DNA of 64,000 nt from NCBI GenBank assembly GCA_947503105.1, contig CANNCM010000002.1, positions 79,546-143,545 on the forward strand, given 5' to 3'. The translations under genes and the position numbers were made by a program. The notes below the pieces were generated by a model that saw only the letters and a list, made by a program, of their open reading frames with translations, made no database searches and was not told the DNA's origin. Origin of the DNA: an uncultured Flavobacteriaceae bacterium (GTDB lineage Bacteria; Bacteroidota; Bacteroidia; Flavobacteriales; Flavobacteriaceae). Below are positions 26,757 through 37,370 of the stretch, piece by piece (positions within the stretch are counted from its first letter, which is position 1; the number at the start of each line of letters is the position of its first letter).

Positions 26757-28073
26757 ATGAAAATATTTAAAAAAGGAAGTCAGAAACTAATTAATGCATG
26801 GGCATTTTATGATTGGGCCAACTCCGTTTACCCACTGGTTATCAGCACAGCAGTATTTCCGATTTATTACTCAAGTATGGCGGGCTCTTTTGCCAATGTA
26901 GAGGGCGATATTTCCTTTCTAGGAACACAATGGAATCCTACAACACTATATGATTATACTCTAGCACTTTCATTTCTTATTGTTGCATTTACTTCTCCAA
27001 TTCTATCTGGTATTGCAGATTATACCGGCAATAAACTGAAGTTTTTAAAAGGGTTTTGCTTGTTGGGCTCTCTTTCTGTAATGTCGCTTTATTTTTTTAA
27101 TGGGGAATCCACACTTTGGTTAGCACTTTTAAGTACCGTTTTTGCAAGTATAGGGTTTTGGGGAAGTATTGTTTTTTATAATGCCTATTTGCCCGAAGTG
27201 GCTTTCCCCGAACAACAAGACAAAGTAAGTGCAAAAGGCTTTATGTATGGCTATGCAGGTTCGGTATTACTTTTAATATTTAGTTTAATTTTAGTTCAAA
27301 AACCGGATTGGTTTGGCATTTCCGATCCTACACTAGCCCCTCGGATTACGTTTGTATTGGTAGGGCTTTGGTGGTTTGGATTTGCTCAAATTACTTACCG
27401 CCGATTACCTAATAATGTGTTTAATCACAAACCTGAAAAAGATTACATTTGGAAAGGGTTTTTGGAACTAAAATCAGTTTTAAAATCATTAACGCATCAT
27501 TCACAATTGAAATATTTTTTGATTGCTTTTTTCTTTTTGAGTGTTGGAGTACAAACCATAATTCTTATGGCAGGAATATTTGGAAGTGAAGAGTTGGGTT
27601 TACCAACACTAAACCTCATTCTTACCATTTTGATTGTTCAAATTGTGGCTATTGTCGGTGCCTATATATTTTCTAGGTTATCCAACAAAATTGGAAATTT
27701 AGCGACCTTAAAAATCACTCTTTTTATTTGGTGTGCAGTATGTCTCATTGCCTTTATTTTAGATAAATCTCAACCTAACGTTGATTATTATTTTTATGCG
27801 ATGGGTATTGTTTTGGGTTTTGTTCTTGGGGCAACTCAGTCCTTAACGCGTTCCACCTATTCCAAATTGCTCCCAGAGACCCATGATCATGCTACTTACT
27901 TTAGTTTTTATGACGTCACCGAAAAAATAGCGATCGTATTGGGAATGATTGTATTTGGTCTGTTAATCGCACTAACAGGTTCGATGCAGTATTCTGTATT
28001 GGCACTTGCAGTTTTCTTTTTGGTTTCTTTTGTGATCCTATACAAAGTGAAAAAAACAGAACACGTTCGATAA
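26757..28073 (+). CDS. MFS transporter, UMF1 (Atg22-like) family
   Basis: 438 aa with about 12 hydrophobic segments. The N-terminal NAWAFYDWANSVY signature is typical of UMF1. Confidence 0.75.
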   Translation: MKIFKKGSQKLINAWAFYDWANSVYPLVISTAVFPIYYSSMAGSFANVEGDISFLGTQWNPTTLYDYTLALSFLIVAFTSPILSGIADYTGNKLKFLKGFCLLGSLSVMSLYFFNGESTLWLALLSTVFASIGFWGSIVFYNAYLPEVAFPEQQDKVSAKGFMYGYAGSVLLLIFSLILVQKPDWFGISDPTLAPRITFVLVGLWWFGFAQITYRRLPNNVFNHKPEKDYIWKGFLELKSVLKSLTHHSQLKYFLIAFFFLSVGVQTIILMAGIFGSEELGLPTLNLILTILIVQIVAIVGAYIFSRLSNKIGNLATLKITLFIWCAVCLIAFILDKSQPNVDYYFYAMGIVLGFVLGATQSLTRSTYSKLLPETHDHATYFSFYDVTEKIAIVLGMIVFGLLIALTGSMQYSVLALAVFFLVSFVILYKVKKTEHVR

Positions 28074-28173
28074 ATCTTATTTAATAGAAATTACATTGGC
28101 ATAACAATTGACCTTTGTTTGCAGTAATTCATTAATAGTTTTTCTTTTAAGAAGATAAATTGATGATTGCATT

Positions 28174-28181
28174 TAAATTTG
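28174..28181 (+). promoter_or_regulatory. -7 box (TAAATTTG) for lon
   Basis: Exact TAnnTTTG match, 48 nt upstream of the ATG at 28229. Confidence 0.45.
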
Positions 28182-28193
28182 AAACTTTATAAT

Positions 28194-28213
28194 TTCTGTC
28201 GAACATGACAGAA
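28194..28213 (+). promoter_or_regulatory. inverted repeat/hairpin TTCTGTC-GAACAT-GACAGAA in the lon leader
   Basis: Perfect 7-bp arms located between the -7 box and the ATG. Confidence 0.35.
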
Positions 28214-28228
28214 TGACCTATATTTGAT

Positions 28229-30679
28229 ATGAACAACCCAAAATATAAAATACTTGACACATTGTCACTGCAAGATTTTGATGAAAATTCAGAATTAATT
28301 CCACTCATGACCACAGAAGACGAAGAAGTGATTAAAAATGAATCACTTCCGGAGTCTTTACCTATACTTTCTTTAAGAAATACTGTGTTGTTTCCAGGAG
28401 TAGTGATTCCTATTACTGCAGGTCGAGATAAATCAATTAAACTTATTAATGACGCCAATAAAGGATCAAAAGTTATTGGAGTTGTTGCACAGAAAGACGA
28501 AAGTGTTGAAGATCCAAATTTTGATGATATTCACAAAATTGGTACAGTAGCACGCATTTTGAAAGTTCTGAAAATGCCAGATGGCAACACAACGGTTATT
28601 ATACAAGGGAAAAAACGTTTTGAAATTACAGAACTTGTTTCTGATAGCCCCTATATAACAGCCAAAATAAAAAATGTTAATGAAATTGTACCTTCTAAAG
28701 ATGATGGTGAGTTTGTAGCAGCCATTGAATCGATCAAAGATTTATCGCTCGAAATCATCAAACAAAGTCCAAACATACCGAGTGAGGCTTCATTTGCAAT
28801 AAAAAACATTGAAAGCAATTCGTTTTTGATCAATTTTGTGTCCTCCAACATGGGGATCCCTGTACATGAAAAACAAGCTCTGCTTGAAGTTAATGATTTG
28901 CATCAACGTGCATTGAAAACTCTTAAGCATATGAATATTGAATTTCAACGTTTAGAATTGAAAAACGATATTCAATCTAAGGTGCAGCACGATATGAATC
29001 AGCAGCAACGCGAGTATTTTCTTCAACAACAAATCAAAACCATACAAGAGGAATTGGGTGGTGTCAGCTATGAGGAAGAAATTGAAGACATGAAAAAGCG
29101 GGCTACAAAAAAGAAATGGGACGCCAAAACAAAACAACATTTTGACAAAGAAATTGGTAAGCTTCAACGAATGAATCCTCAGGTTGCAGAATATTCCATA
29201 CAAAGAAACTATTTGGACTTATTTTTGGACCTACCATGGAATCATTTCAGTCAAGATAATTTTGATTTGAAACGTGCTCAAAAAATATTGGATCGCGATC
29301 ATTTTGGTTTGGAGGATGTTAAAAGAAGAATTATCGAATACTTGGCAGTTTTAAAACTTCGAAACGATATGAAATCTCCAATATTATGCTTGTATGGTCC
29401 TCCTGGAGTCGGAAAAACGTCTTTAGGAAAATCAATAGCCGAAGCCTTGGGAAGAGAATATGTGCGTATTTCTTTGGGTGGATTGAGAGATGAGGCAGAA
29501 ATCAGAGGGCATAGAAAAACCTACATAGGGGCAATGCCCGGTCGTATTTTGCAGAGTCTCAAAAAAGCTGGAACATCCAATCCTGTTTTTGTTTTGGACG
29601 AAATTGATAAACTATCAAATTCTCATCAAGGCGATCCGTCTTCTGCAATGCTAGAAGTTTTAGACCCCGAACAAAACTCTGAATTTTATGATAACTTTTT
29701 AGAAATGGGATATGACCTCTCTAAAGTGATGTTTGTAGCCACTTCCAATAGTTTAAACACTATTCAACCGGCGCTTTTGGATCGAATGGAAATTATAAAC
29801 GTCAATGGCTATACCATTGAAGAAAAGGTTCAAATTGGAAAAAAATACCTTTTACCAAAGCAACTTAAAGCACATGGACTAACTCCAAAAGATTTAAAAA
29901 TTGCGCAACCACAATTAGAAAAAATTATTGAAGGTTATACAAGAGAATCTGGAGTGAGAGGTTTGGAAAAACAAATTGCAAAAGTAGTTCGTTTTGCCGC
30001 AAAGAATATAGCAATGGAAGAGCCCTATAACATTAAGGTTTCTACTGAAAATATTATCGAAATTTTAGGGGCTCCAAAACTCGAACGCGACCGCTATGAA
30101 AATAATAATGTTGCTGGGGTGGTTACTGGACTTGCATGGACTCGTGTTGGTGGAGATATTTTATTTATAGAATCTATTTTATCCAAAGGAAAAGGAACGT
30201 TAAACATTACGGGAAACCTCGGAAAAGTGATGAAAGAATCGGCGACCATTGCTATGGAATACATTAAGGCCAATGCCGATGATTTTGGAATTGAGAATCG
30301 TATTTTTAATGAGTACAATGTTCATATTCATGTGCCAGAAGGTGCGACTCCGAAAGATGGGCCAAGCGCAGGAATTACGATGCTTACCTCTTTGGTCTCC
30401 TTATTTACTCAACAAAAAGTAAAGAAAAGTATCGCAATGACAGGCGAAATAACCTTGCGTGGAAAAGTACTTCCAGTAGGAGGAATCAAGGAAAAAATAC
30501 TCGCAGCAAAACGAGCAAAAATTAAAGAAATAATTTTATCCAAAGCCAACAAGCGTGATATTGATGAAATCAATACGGATTATTTGAAAGGGTTAAAATT
30601 TCATTACGTTTCTGAAATGCGTGAAGTTATAGACGTTGCAATTATAAAGACCAAAGTTCCACACGCCAAAACATTATAA
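28229..30679 (+). CDS. lon: ATP-dependent endopeptidase La (Lon)
   Basis: 816 aa with a LON N-domain, Walker [10 protein letters not shown], and the catalytic Ser in [11 protein letters not shown]. Confidence 0.95.
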   Translation: MNNPKYKILDTLSLQDFDENSELIPLMTTEDEEVIKNESLPESLPILSLRNTVLFPGVVIPITAGRDKSIKLINDANKGSKVIGVVAQKDESVEDPNFDDIHKIGTVARILKVLKMPDGNTTVIIQGKKRFEITELVSDSPYITAKIKNVNEIVPSKDDGEFVAAIESIKDLSLEIIKQSPNIPSEASFAIKNIESNSFLINFVSSNMGIPVHEKQALLEVNDLHQRALKTLKHMNIEFQRLELKNDIQSKVQHDMNQQQREYFLQQQIKTIQEELGGVSYEEEIEDMKKRATKKKWDAKTKQHFDKEIGKLQRMNPQVAEYSIQRNYLDLFLDLPWNHFSQDNFDLKRAQKILDRDHFGLEDVKRRIIEYLAVLKLRNDMKSPILCLYGPPGVGKTSLGKSIAEALGREYVRISLGGLRDEAEIRGHRKTYIGAMPGRILQSLKKAGTSNPVFVLDEIDKLSNSHQGDPSSAMLEVLDPEQNSEFYDNFLEMGYDLSKVMFVATSNSLNTIQPALLDRMEIINVNGYTIEEKVQIGKKYLLPKQLKAHGLTPKDLKIAQPQLEKIIEGYTRESGVRGLEKQIAKVVRFAAKNIAMEEPYNIKVSTENIIEILGAPKLERDRYENNNVAGVVTGLAWTRVGGDILFIESILSKGKGTLNITGNLGKVMKESATIAMEYIKANADDFGIENRIFNEYNVHIHVPEGATPKDGPSAGITMLTSLVSLFTQQKVKKSIAMTGEITLRGKVLPVGGIKEKILAAKRAKIKEIILSKANKRDIDEINTDYLKGLKFHYVSEMREVIDVAIIKTKVPHAKTL

Positions 30680-30742
30680 ATAACGTTTATGTAATTCCAT
30701 TAAAATAAAGCGATCAAAAACTCGTTTTAGGATAGAATTAGT

Positions 30743-30750
30743 TATTTTTG
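30743..30750 (+). promoter_or_regulatory. -7 box (TATTTTTG) just upstream of the PorQ-like gene
   Basis: Exact TAnnTTTG match only 7 nt before the ATG at 30758, which would imply a very short leader or a leaderless mRNA. Confidence 0.3.
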
Positions 30751-30757
30751 ACTGATA

Positions 30758-31777
30758 ATGAGGATATTAGTTACGCTTTTTTTTATGATGAGTACAACAA
30801 CATCTGTGTTTGCTCAATTGGGCGGCAACGCTACCTATCAGTTCCTCAATCTTATGTCGTCGCCAAGACAAGCTGCACTAGGGGGTAAGATCATCACCAA
30901 TGTAGATTACGACGTTACTCAAGGATTATATAATCCTGCAACAATAAATGTTGAGATGGACAACCAATTGGCCCTAAATTATTCCAATTATATTGGAGAT
31001 ATTCGTTATGGAACAGCCGCCTATGCCTACACGGTTGACAGAAGAACACAAACGTTTCATGCTGGAGTAACGTATATCAACTATGGTAGTTTTGATGGTT
31101 ATGATGAAAATGGAAATAGTACAGGAACTTTCACAGGAAATGAAGCAGCTCTATCTTTTGGATATGCATTACAAATAGGATTTTCTGACTTCTATGCAGG
31201 CGCCAATATTAAGCTCATCTCTTCCAAATTGGAACAATACAGTTCCTTTGGAGCTGCTCTTGATTTTGGTTTGATTTATATAAATGAATATTTAGATTTT
31301 AACGCCGCTCTTGTCGTAAGAAATATAGGTACTCAATTGACAACTTATGCGGGCCTACAAGAATCTTTACCTTTTGAAATTGATTTTGGACTGAGCCAAT
31401 CGCTGGAAAATGTACCTATACGTTGGCATTTAACTTTCGAAAACTTGCAACAATGGCCAATCGCTAGTGCCAATCCAGCACGCGCTACAACAGATTTGAA
31501 CGGTAATCAAACTCAAGAAAAAATTGGATTTTTAGCTGAGCTCATTCGACATACTTTGATTGGTGTAGAGTTATTTCCAAAAAGAGGATTTAACATCCGT
31601 ATGGGATACAGCTTCAGACGTGCAGAAGAGTTAAGGATTTTGGAACTTCGCAATTTCTCTGGCTTATCTTTTGGAATTGGGATGAAGTTTAATAAATTAC
31701 GATTTAGTTACACACATGCGCGCTATTCATTAGCATCAAACACAAGTTTTTTGGGCATGCAAATAGATTTACAATAG
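30758..31777 (+). CDS. porQ: outer-membrane beta-barrel protein, type IX secretion PorQ-like
   Basis: Signal peptide, the N-terminal motif GGNATYQFLNLMSSPRQAALGG, and about 340 aa of beta-barrel. From memory, the position immediately upstream of cmk matches the flavobacterial porQ context. Not verified by search. Confidence 0.55.
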   Translation: MRILVTLFFMMSTTTSVFAQLGGNATYQFLNLMSSPRQAALGGKIITNVDYDVTQGLYNPATINVEMDNQLALNYSNYIGDIRYGTAAYAYTVDRRTQTFHAGVTYINYGSFDGYDENGNSTGTFTGNEAALSFGYALQIGFSDFYAGANIKLISSKLEQYSSFGAALDFGLIYINEYLDFNAALVVRNIGTQLTTYAGLQESLPFEIDFGLSQSLENVPIRWHLTFENLQQWPIASANPARATTDLNGNQTQEKIGFLAELIRHTLIGVELFPKRGFNIRMGYSFRRAEELRILELRNFSGLSFGIGMKFNKLRFSYTHARYSLASNTSFLGMQIDLQ

Positions 31778-32466
31778 TGAAAAAAATAATTATTGCCATC
31801 GACGGGCATTCCTCTACAGGAAAAAGTACACTCGCCAAACAACTTGCCAAAACCTTGGGCTATATTTATGTAGATTCTGGTGCGATGTACAGAGCGGTCA
31901 CGCTTTTTGCAATTGAAAACAATTTTATTGATAAAAAGCACCTTGACAAAGATGCTTTAATTTCTGCCATTTCAGGGATTAAAATTGAATTTAAAAAAGA
32001 CGCACTAGGAACTACCACACTTTTCTTGAATGACAAAGAAGTTTCATCAAAAATTAGAGGAATGGAAGTGTCTAATTTGGTAAGCAAAGTAGCCGCACTC
32101 CCCGAGGTTCGCAAATGCCTTGTCAAAGAGCAACGGCAAATGGGGCAACAAAAAGGCATCGTGATGGATGGTAGAGATATTGGAACTGTAGTATTTCCAA
32201 ACGCCGAACTTAAAATTTTCATGACCGCATCTGCCCATACTCGTGCTCAGCGTCGCTTCGATGAGTTAAAATCTAAAGGGGAAACGGTTGATTATGATGA
32301 GGTTTATCACAACATTACTTCACGTGATCACAACGATTCTACCAGAGAAGATTCGCCATTAACACAAGCAGAGGATGCTCAGGTTTTGGACAATTCAACA
32401 CTCAATCATAACGAACAATTTGATTTGGTAATGGCTTGGGTTGCATCAAAAATAGAAAAAAACTAA
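31777..32466 (+). CDS. cmk: cytidylate kinase
   Basis: P-loop IAIDGHSSTGKSTLAK, then DSGAMYR and GRDIGTVVFP. The GTG start overlaps the upstream stop (TAGTG). Confidence 0.9.
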   Translation: MKKIIIAIDGHSSTGKSTLAKQLAKTLGYIYVDSGAMYRAVTLFAIENNFIDKKHLDKDALISAISGIKIEFKKDALGTTTLFLNDKEVSSKIRGMEVSNLVSKVAALPEVRKCLVKEQRQMGQQKGIVMDGRDIGTVVFPNAELKIFMTASAHTRAQRRFDELKSKGETVDYDEVYHNITSRDHNDSTREDSPLTQAEDAQVLDNSTLNHNEQFDLVMAWVASKIEKN

Positions 32467-32493
32467 GGCCAAGAAATTTTAGCCTTAGTTTAT
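32462..32493. terminator. bidirectional hairpin between cmk and the LysM gene
   Basis: ACTAAGGC-caagaaatttta-GCCTTAGT: an 8-bp perfect stem. Confidence 0.55.
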
Positions 32494-32500
32494 AATTAGA

Positions 32501-32878
32501 TTATAGTTTTGGAATCACTAACTCTTGTTTGGGATGAATCATGTCTGGATTTTTTAGAATATCCGAATTGGCTTGAAAAATTTGCTTGTACTTCATAGGA
32601 TCGCCATAGTAGTGTTTCGCAATTTTTCCTAAAGTTTCACCGCTTTTTACGGTATGACGATGGTAAACACTCTCGTCTGCAACTTTTATATCAGCTTGAA
32701 TATCGGTTGGATGTTTCCCTCCGATAGCTTTAATTTGATCCCAAATAATATTTTTTTCGTATTGTGTATTGGCGGTTCCTTTAATTTTTAAAACGCCATT
32801 TTCTTCTGAAACATCCCCGTTTTGGATGTTTAATTCGGTGCCTAAGTCCAACACCGATTGGTACTTCTGTTTGATCAT
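32501..32878 (-). CDS. LysM domain protein (Kbp/YgaU-like)
   Basis: The C-terminal LysM domain is HTVKSGETLGKIAKHYYGDPMKYKQIFQANSDILKNPDMIHPKQELVIP. Confidence 0.8.
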   Translation of the reverse strand: MIKQKYQSVLDLGTELNIQNGDVSEENGVLKIKGTANTQYEKNIIWDQIKAIGGKHPTDIQADIKVADESVYHRHTVKSGETLGKIAKHYYGDPMKYKQIFQANSDILKNPDMIHPKQELVIPKL

Positions 32879-33087
32879 AAATAGTAGATTATAGGGTTAT
32901 TAATATGTATTAAAATTAGACTATTTTTTCTTTTTGGAAACATTTTTTACACTTTTTTTGAAATGAAAAAGGCTATTCTACTCAAAATCAAATAGATAAA
33001 TATTTGTCCAAATTACAGATTAGTCGTATAATTGCACTCTTCTTAGCAAAGTCGGTTGGAGAGAAGACAAAAACAAATCATTAACAC

Positions 33088-33130
33088 TTCTGTGTGTATG
33101 CATTAAATCCAACCAAAATCACACACAGAA
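33088..33130 (+). promoter_or_regulatory. rpsA 5' leader hairpin (10-bp perfect stem, 23-nt loop)
   Basis: TTCTGTGTGT (33088..33097) pairs with ACACACAGAA (33121..33130). The loop TCCAACC (33108..33114) is complementary to GGTTGGA (33054..33060). Confidence 0.45.
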
Positions 33131-33148
33131 TACAAATTTTAATCAGCT

Positions 33149-34978
33149 ATGGCTGAAGAACAAACTACAAACGCAGAGGAGACTGCACAAGACACTCCAG
33201 TTGTTGAAACAACAACAAACGAAGCTCAAGCGAATCCAGAGCAATTTTTAAAAGATTTTAACTGGCACAACTACGAAGAAGGAATTGATCCTGTTGCAGA
33301 CGAAAAACTCGATGAGTTCGAGAAACTTGTCTCCGAAAATTTCGTAGAAACGTTAGACGATCAAGTTGTCGAGGGCACAGTAATCCACATGACAGATCGC
33401 GATGCGATTATCGATATCAACGCAAAGTCTGAAGGCGTCATTTCATTAAACGAATTTCGCTACAACCCAAACCTAGCAGTAGGCGACAAGGTTGAGGTTC
33501 TTATCGATGTTCGTGAAGATGCTACCGGACAACTTGTTTTATCACACAGAAAAGCACGTGTCATTAAAGCATGGGATCGTGTAATTGCAGCCAATGAAAC
33601 TGGCGAAATTGTCAACGGATTTGTAAAGTGCCGTACAAAAGGTGGTATGATTGTCGATGTCTTTGGTATCGAGGCTTTCCTGCCAGGATCTCAAATTGAT
33701 GTAAAACCAATCAGAGATTACGATCAATATGTGAACAAAACAATGGAATTTAAGGTTGTAAAAATCAACCACGAATTCAAAAACGTTGTAGTTTCTCACA
33801 AAGCGCTTATTGAAGCCGATATTGAAATTCAAAAGAAAGAAATCATCAGTCAACTAGAAAAAGGTCAAGTCCTAGAAGGTGTTGTGAAAAACATCACTTC
33901 TTACGGAGTATTTATGGATCTTGGTGGCGTAGATGGTCTTGTTCATATTACAGACCTTTCATGGTCTAGAATCAATCACCCAAGCGAAATTGTAGAGCTT
34001 GATGAAAAACTAAACGTTGTTATCCTTGATTTTGATGAAAACAAATCAAGAATTCAATTGGGTCTTAAGCAATTGAGCAAACATCCATGGGATGCTCTCG
34101 CAGACGATGTGAAAGTTGGTGATGAGGTAGAAGGTAAAGTTGTTGTTATCGCAGATTATGGTGCGTTTATCGAAGTTGCCGAAGGTGTTGAAGGATTAAT
34201 TCACGTATCTGAAATGTCTTGGTCTACTCACTTAAGATCAGCTCAAGACTTTGTCAGTGTAGGTGATGTCGTAAAAGCACAAATCTTGACACTAGATAGA
34301 GAGGACCGTAAAATGTCTCTAGGGATCAAGCAACTCACACCAGATCCATGGACGGATATTACTTCTAAATTTCCAGTAGGACACAAGCACACAGGAATTG
34401 TAAGAAACTTTACAAACTTTGGTGTTTTTGTTGAAATGGAAGAAGGAATTGATGGTTTAATTTATATCTCTGATTTATCCTGGACAAAGAAAATCAAGCA
34501 TCCAAGCGAATTTTGTGCTGTGGGAGATAAACTTGAAGTTGTTGTTCTTGAATTAGATGTTGAAGGCAGAAAGTTAAGTCTTGGTCACAAGCAAACTAAG
34601 GAAAATCCTTGGGATAAATATGAAGCAGAATTTGGCCTAAACACCAAACATACCGCTTCTGTATTTGAGATTGTTGACAAAGGCGCAACAGTAAAATTCA
34701 ATGATGATATCGTTGCTTTCATTCCTTCTCGTCATTTAGAAAAAGAAGACGGATCTAAGCTTGGCAAAGGCGAGGAAGCAGAATTTGTAATCATCGAATT
34801 TAGTAAAGAATTCAAGAGAGTTGTGGCATCGCATACAGCGATTTTCAAAGCAGAAGAAGTTCGAAATGTCAAAGCTGCAGCCAAAAAAGCAGCGGTAGCG
34901 GCATCAGAAGCCAAAACCACTCTTGGAGATGCAAACGAAGCCCTTCAAGCGTTGAAAGATAAAATGGATGGAAAGTAA
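33149..34978 (+). CDS. rpsA: 30S ribosomal protein S1
   Basis: 609 aa with six S1 repeats (for example GVFMDLGGVDGLVHITDLSW and GAFIEVAEGVEGLIHVSEMSW). Confidence 0.95.
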   Translation: MAEEQTTNAEETAQDTPVVETTTNEAQANPEQFLKDFNWHNYEEGIDPVADEKLDEFEKLVSENFVETLDDQVVEGTVIHMTDRDAIIDINAKSEGVISLNEFRYNPNLAVGDKVEVLIDVREDATGQLVLSHRKARVIKAWDRVIAANETGEIVNGFVKCRTKGGMIVDVFGIEAFLPGSQIDVKPIRDYDQYVNKTMEFKVVKINHEFKNVVVSHKALIEADIEIQKKEIISQLEKGQVLEGVVKNITSYGVFMDLGGVDGLVHITDLSWSRINHPSEIVELDEKLNVVILDFDENKSRIQLGLKQLSKHPWDALADDVKVGDEVEGKVVVIADYGAFIEVAEGVEGLIHVSEMSWSTHLRSAQDFVSVGDVVKAQILTLDREDRKMSLGIKQLTPDPWTDITSKFPVGHKHTGIVRNFTNFGVFVEMEEGIDGLIYISDLSWTKKIKHPSEFCAVGDKLEVVVLELDVEGRKLSLGHKQTKENPWDKYEAEFGLNTKHTASVFEIVDKGATVKFNDDIVAFIPSRHLEKEDGSKLGKGEEAEFVIIEFSKEFKRVVASHTAIFKAEEVRNVKAAAKKAAVAASEAKTTLGDANEALQALKDKMDGK

Positions 34979-34998
34979 TCCAACCTAATATAAAAACG

Positions 34999-35028
34999 AA
35001 AGCCCTTCCATTTGCGAAGGGCTTTTTT
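34999..35028 (+). terminator. Rho-independent terminator after rpsA
   Basis: AAAGCCCTTC-catttgc-GAAGGGCTTT followed by a T-run. Confidence 0.8.
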
Positions 35029-35135
35029 ATTATAATCTATTGATATTCAATTTTTTAAAAGAATTAACTTTTTTTTTGAAATAATAAAAATGGATATGTC
35101 TAATTTTAGTGCATAATTTAACTAAAATATCATTT

Positions 35136-36722
35136 ATGAATTTTCAAAACATCCCCGAAGCATTTCAAATTGATCACCTATTTCATCAAAGCACATATCT
35201 TATTGGGGGTGAATTAAAGCAGTGGAGTGGTGCCACATCAGAAGTATATTCTACAATATCCTCTACTGAAGCTTATGCACCAACTTTACTTGGGTCTATT
35301 CCATTATTAGAAAAAGAACAGGCATTTGAAGCTCTAGAAGCTGCATCGGAAGCCTATAATAATGGGCAAGGGTTGTGGCCAACAATGAAAGTAGCGGATC
35401 GTATTGCCTGTATGGAAAAATTTGTTGAGCAAATGAAAACCAAACGAGAGCAAGTTGTTAAGTACTTGATGTGGGAAATTGGAAAAAATCTTAAAGATTC
35501 ACAAAAAGAATTTGACAGAACTGTAGATTATATTTACGACACCATAGATGATTACAAACAGCTCGACCGAAATGCTGCAAAATTTCATAAAAACTCAGGA
35601 GTTTATGCTCATATACGAAGAGGCCCACTTGGAGTTGTACTATGCTTAGGACCTTATAATTACCCACTCAATGAAACTTTTGCGCTTTTGATTCCAGCCC
35701 TTATCATGGGAAATACAACGATTTTTAAACCCGCAAAATTAGGGGTACTTTTACTAACTCCCCTTATGGAAGCTTTTCAAAATAGTTTCCCAAAAGGTGT
35801 GGTAAATATTCTTTTTGGTAGAGGTCGTACTTTGGCATCGCCATTAATGGAAACCGGTAAAATTGATGTTTTGGCGCTTATTGGTCATAGCAATTCGGCC
35901 AATGCATTGCAAAATACACACCCGAAGAAAAACAGATTGAGAATTGTTCTTGGTTTAGAAGCAAAAAACCCTGCAATTGTATTGCCAGATGCCGATTTAG
36001 ATTTAGCGGTTCAAGAATGTATCGCAGGAACATTATCATTTAATGGACAACGATGTACAGCCCTAAAAATATTATACATACACGAAACAATTTTTGAAGC
36101 CTTCAAAGAAAAATTTTGTGCACAAGTTGATGCCCTTAAATTTGGAAACCCTTGGGACGATGGCGCCATGCTGACACCACTACCAGAAGTTAATAAACCA
36201 GATTATATTCAAGGATTGATTGACGATGCAAAAGCAAAAGGGGCAAAAATTTTGAATCCTAAAGGCGGCGAACGCACAGAAAATTATATATTTCCATCGG
36301 TGCTATATCCCGTCAATAAAACAATGAATGTTTACCACGAAGAACAGTTTGGTCCAGTTATACCAATCATGACGTTTTCAGACATTCAGCAACCTCTGGA
36401 CGATATGGCAGAATCCAATTATGGTCAACAGGTAAGTGTGTTTGGAAAAAACACCAAAACTCTAGCACCACTAATTGATACACTTGTCAATTTGGTATGC
36501 CGCGTAAATTTGAATAGTTCTTGTCAGAGAGGTCCAGATGTATTTCCATTTACAGGAAGAAAAGATTCCGCTTTCAGCACCCTAAGTGTTCGAGATGCGT
36601 TGCGATCTTTCTCCATAAGAACCTTTGTTGCAGCAAAAGATAATCCTTACAATAGCGAAATCCTAAAAGAAATGCTCGAAGAAAAACAATCTAATTTTAT
36701 AAGTACAGACTATTTGCTTTAA
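35136..36722 (+). CDS. aldehyde dehydrogenase family protein, non-phosphorylating GAPDH (GapN)-like
   Basis: ALDH fold with the general base in [10 protein letters not shown] and the catalytic Cys in [10 protein letters not shown]. The ATG at 35136 is preferred over the GTG at 35109. Substrate is not certain. Confidence 0.7.
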   Translation: MNFQNIPEAFQIDHLFHQSTYLIGGELKQWSGATSEVYSTISSTEAYAPTLLGSIPLLEKEQAFEALEAASEAYNNGQGLWPTMKVADRIACMEKFVEQMKTKREQVVKYLMWEIGKNLKDSQKEFDRTVDYIYDTIDDYKQLDRNAAKFHKNSGVYAHIRRGPLGVVLCLGPYNYPLNETFALLIPALIMGNTTIFKPAKLGVLLLTPLMEAFQNSFPKGVVNILFGRGRTLASPLMETGKIDVLALIGHSNSANALQNTHPKKNRLRIVLGLEAKNPAIVLPDADLDLAVQECIAGTLSFNGQRCTALKILYIHETIFEAFKEKFCAQVDALKFGNPWDDGAMLTPLPEVNKPDYIQGLIDDAKAKGAKILNPKGGERTENYIFPSVLYPVNKTMNVYHEEQFGPVIPIMTFSDIQQPLDDMAESNYGQQVSVFGKNTKTLAPLIDTLVNLVCRVNLNSSCQRGPDVFPFTGRKDSAFSTLSVRDALRSFSIRTFVAAKDNPYNSEILKEMLEEKQSNFISTDYLL

Positions 36723-36796
36723 AGTATTTTTGTTTTAAAATGATTTTTTTTGTGAAGTGAACTATGATATTGAATTTGAATATCAAATTTTTCTAT

Positions 36797-36804
36797 TACC
36801 TTTG
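36797..36804 (+). promoter_or_regulatory. -7 box (TACCTTTG) for the pyrR-pyrB operon
   Basis: Exact TAnnTTTG match, 24 nt upstream of the pyrR ATG at 36828. Confidence 0.45.
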
Positions 36805-36827
36805 CGCACGAATATGTTGAAAACATT

Positions 36828-37367
36828 ATGAGTCAAAAAGTTTTACTGAACCAAAAAGAAGTAAACATCATCCTCCACAGATTGGCTTGTCAACTTATTG
36901 AAAAACACAACGATTTTTCGAATACTATACTAGTAGGTTTACAACCTAGAGGAAAGCATCTTGCAGATCGACTCCTGCAGTTATTACAATCGGATTACAA
37001 CATTATCAACCCACAATTTGGTTACTTAGACATTACTTTTTATAGAGACGATTTTAGAAGATCAAATAAAGTACTCGAAGCAAGTGCAACCCAAATGGAT
37101 TTTATTGTCGAAGGAAAAAATGTTGTATTTATAGACGATGTTTTATATACTGGCCGAAGCATTCGTGCAGCCCTCACAGCCATTCAATCCTATGGTCGCC
37201 CAAAAAGTATAGAGTTGCTTATTTTGATTGACCGAAGATTTAGCAGACATCTGCCTATTCAACCCGATTATAGAGGACGACAAGTTGATGCTATTGACAA
37301 CGAGAAAGTTATTGTAAATTGGAAAGAAACACAAGGTGAAGACACCGTGTATTTGATAAATCAATAG
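36828..37367 (+). CDS. pyrR: bifunctional pyrimidine operon regulator / uracil phosphoribosyltransferase PyrR
   Basis: 179 aa with the PRPP-binding motif VVFIDDVLYTGRSIRAAL. Sits directly upstream of pyrB. Confidence 0.85.
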   Translation: MSQKVLLNQKEVNIILHRLACQLIEKHNDFSNTILVGLQPRGKHLADRLLQLLQSDYNIINPQFGYLDITFYRDDFRRSNKVLEASATQMDFIVEGKNVVFIDDVLYTGRSIRAALTAIQSYGRPKSIELLILIDRRFSRHLPIQPDYRGRQVDAIDNEKVIVNWKETQGEDTVYLINQ

Positions 37368-37370
37368 ATT

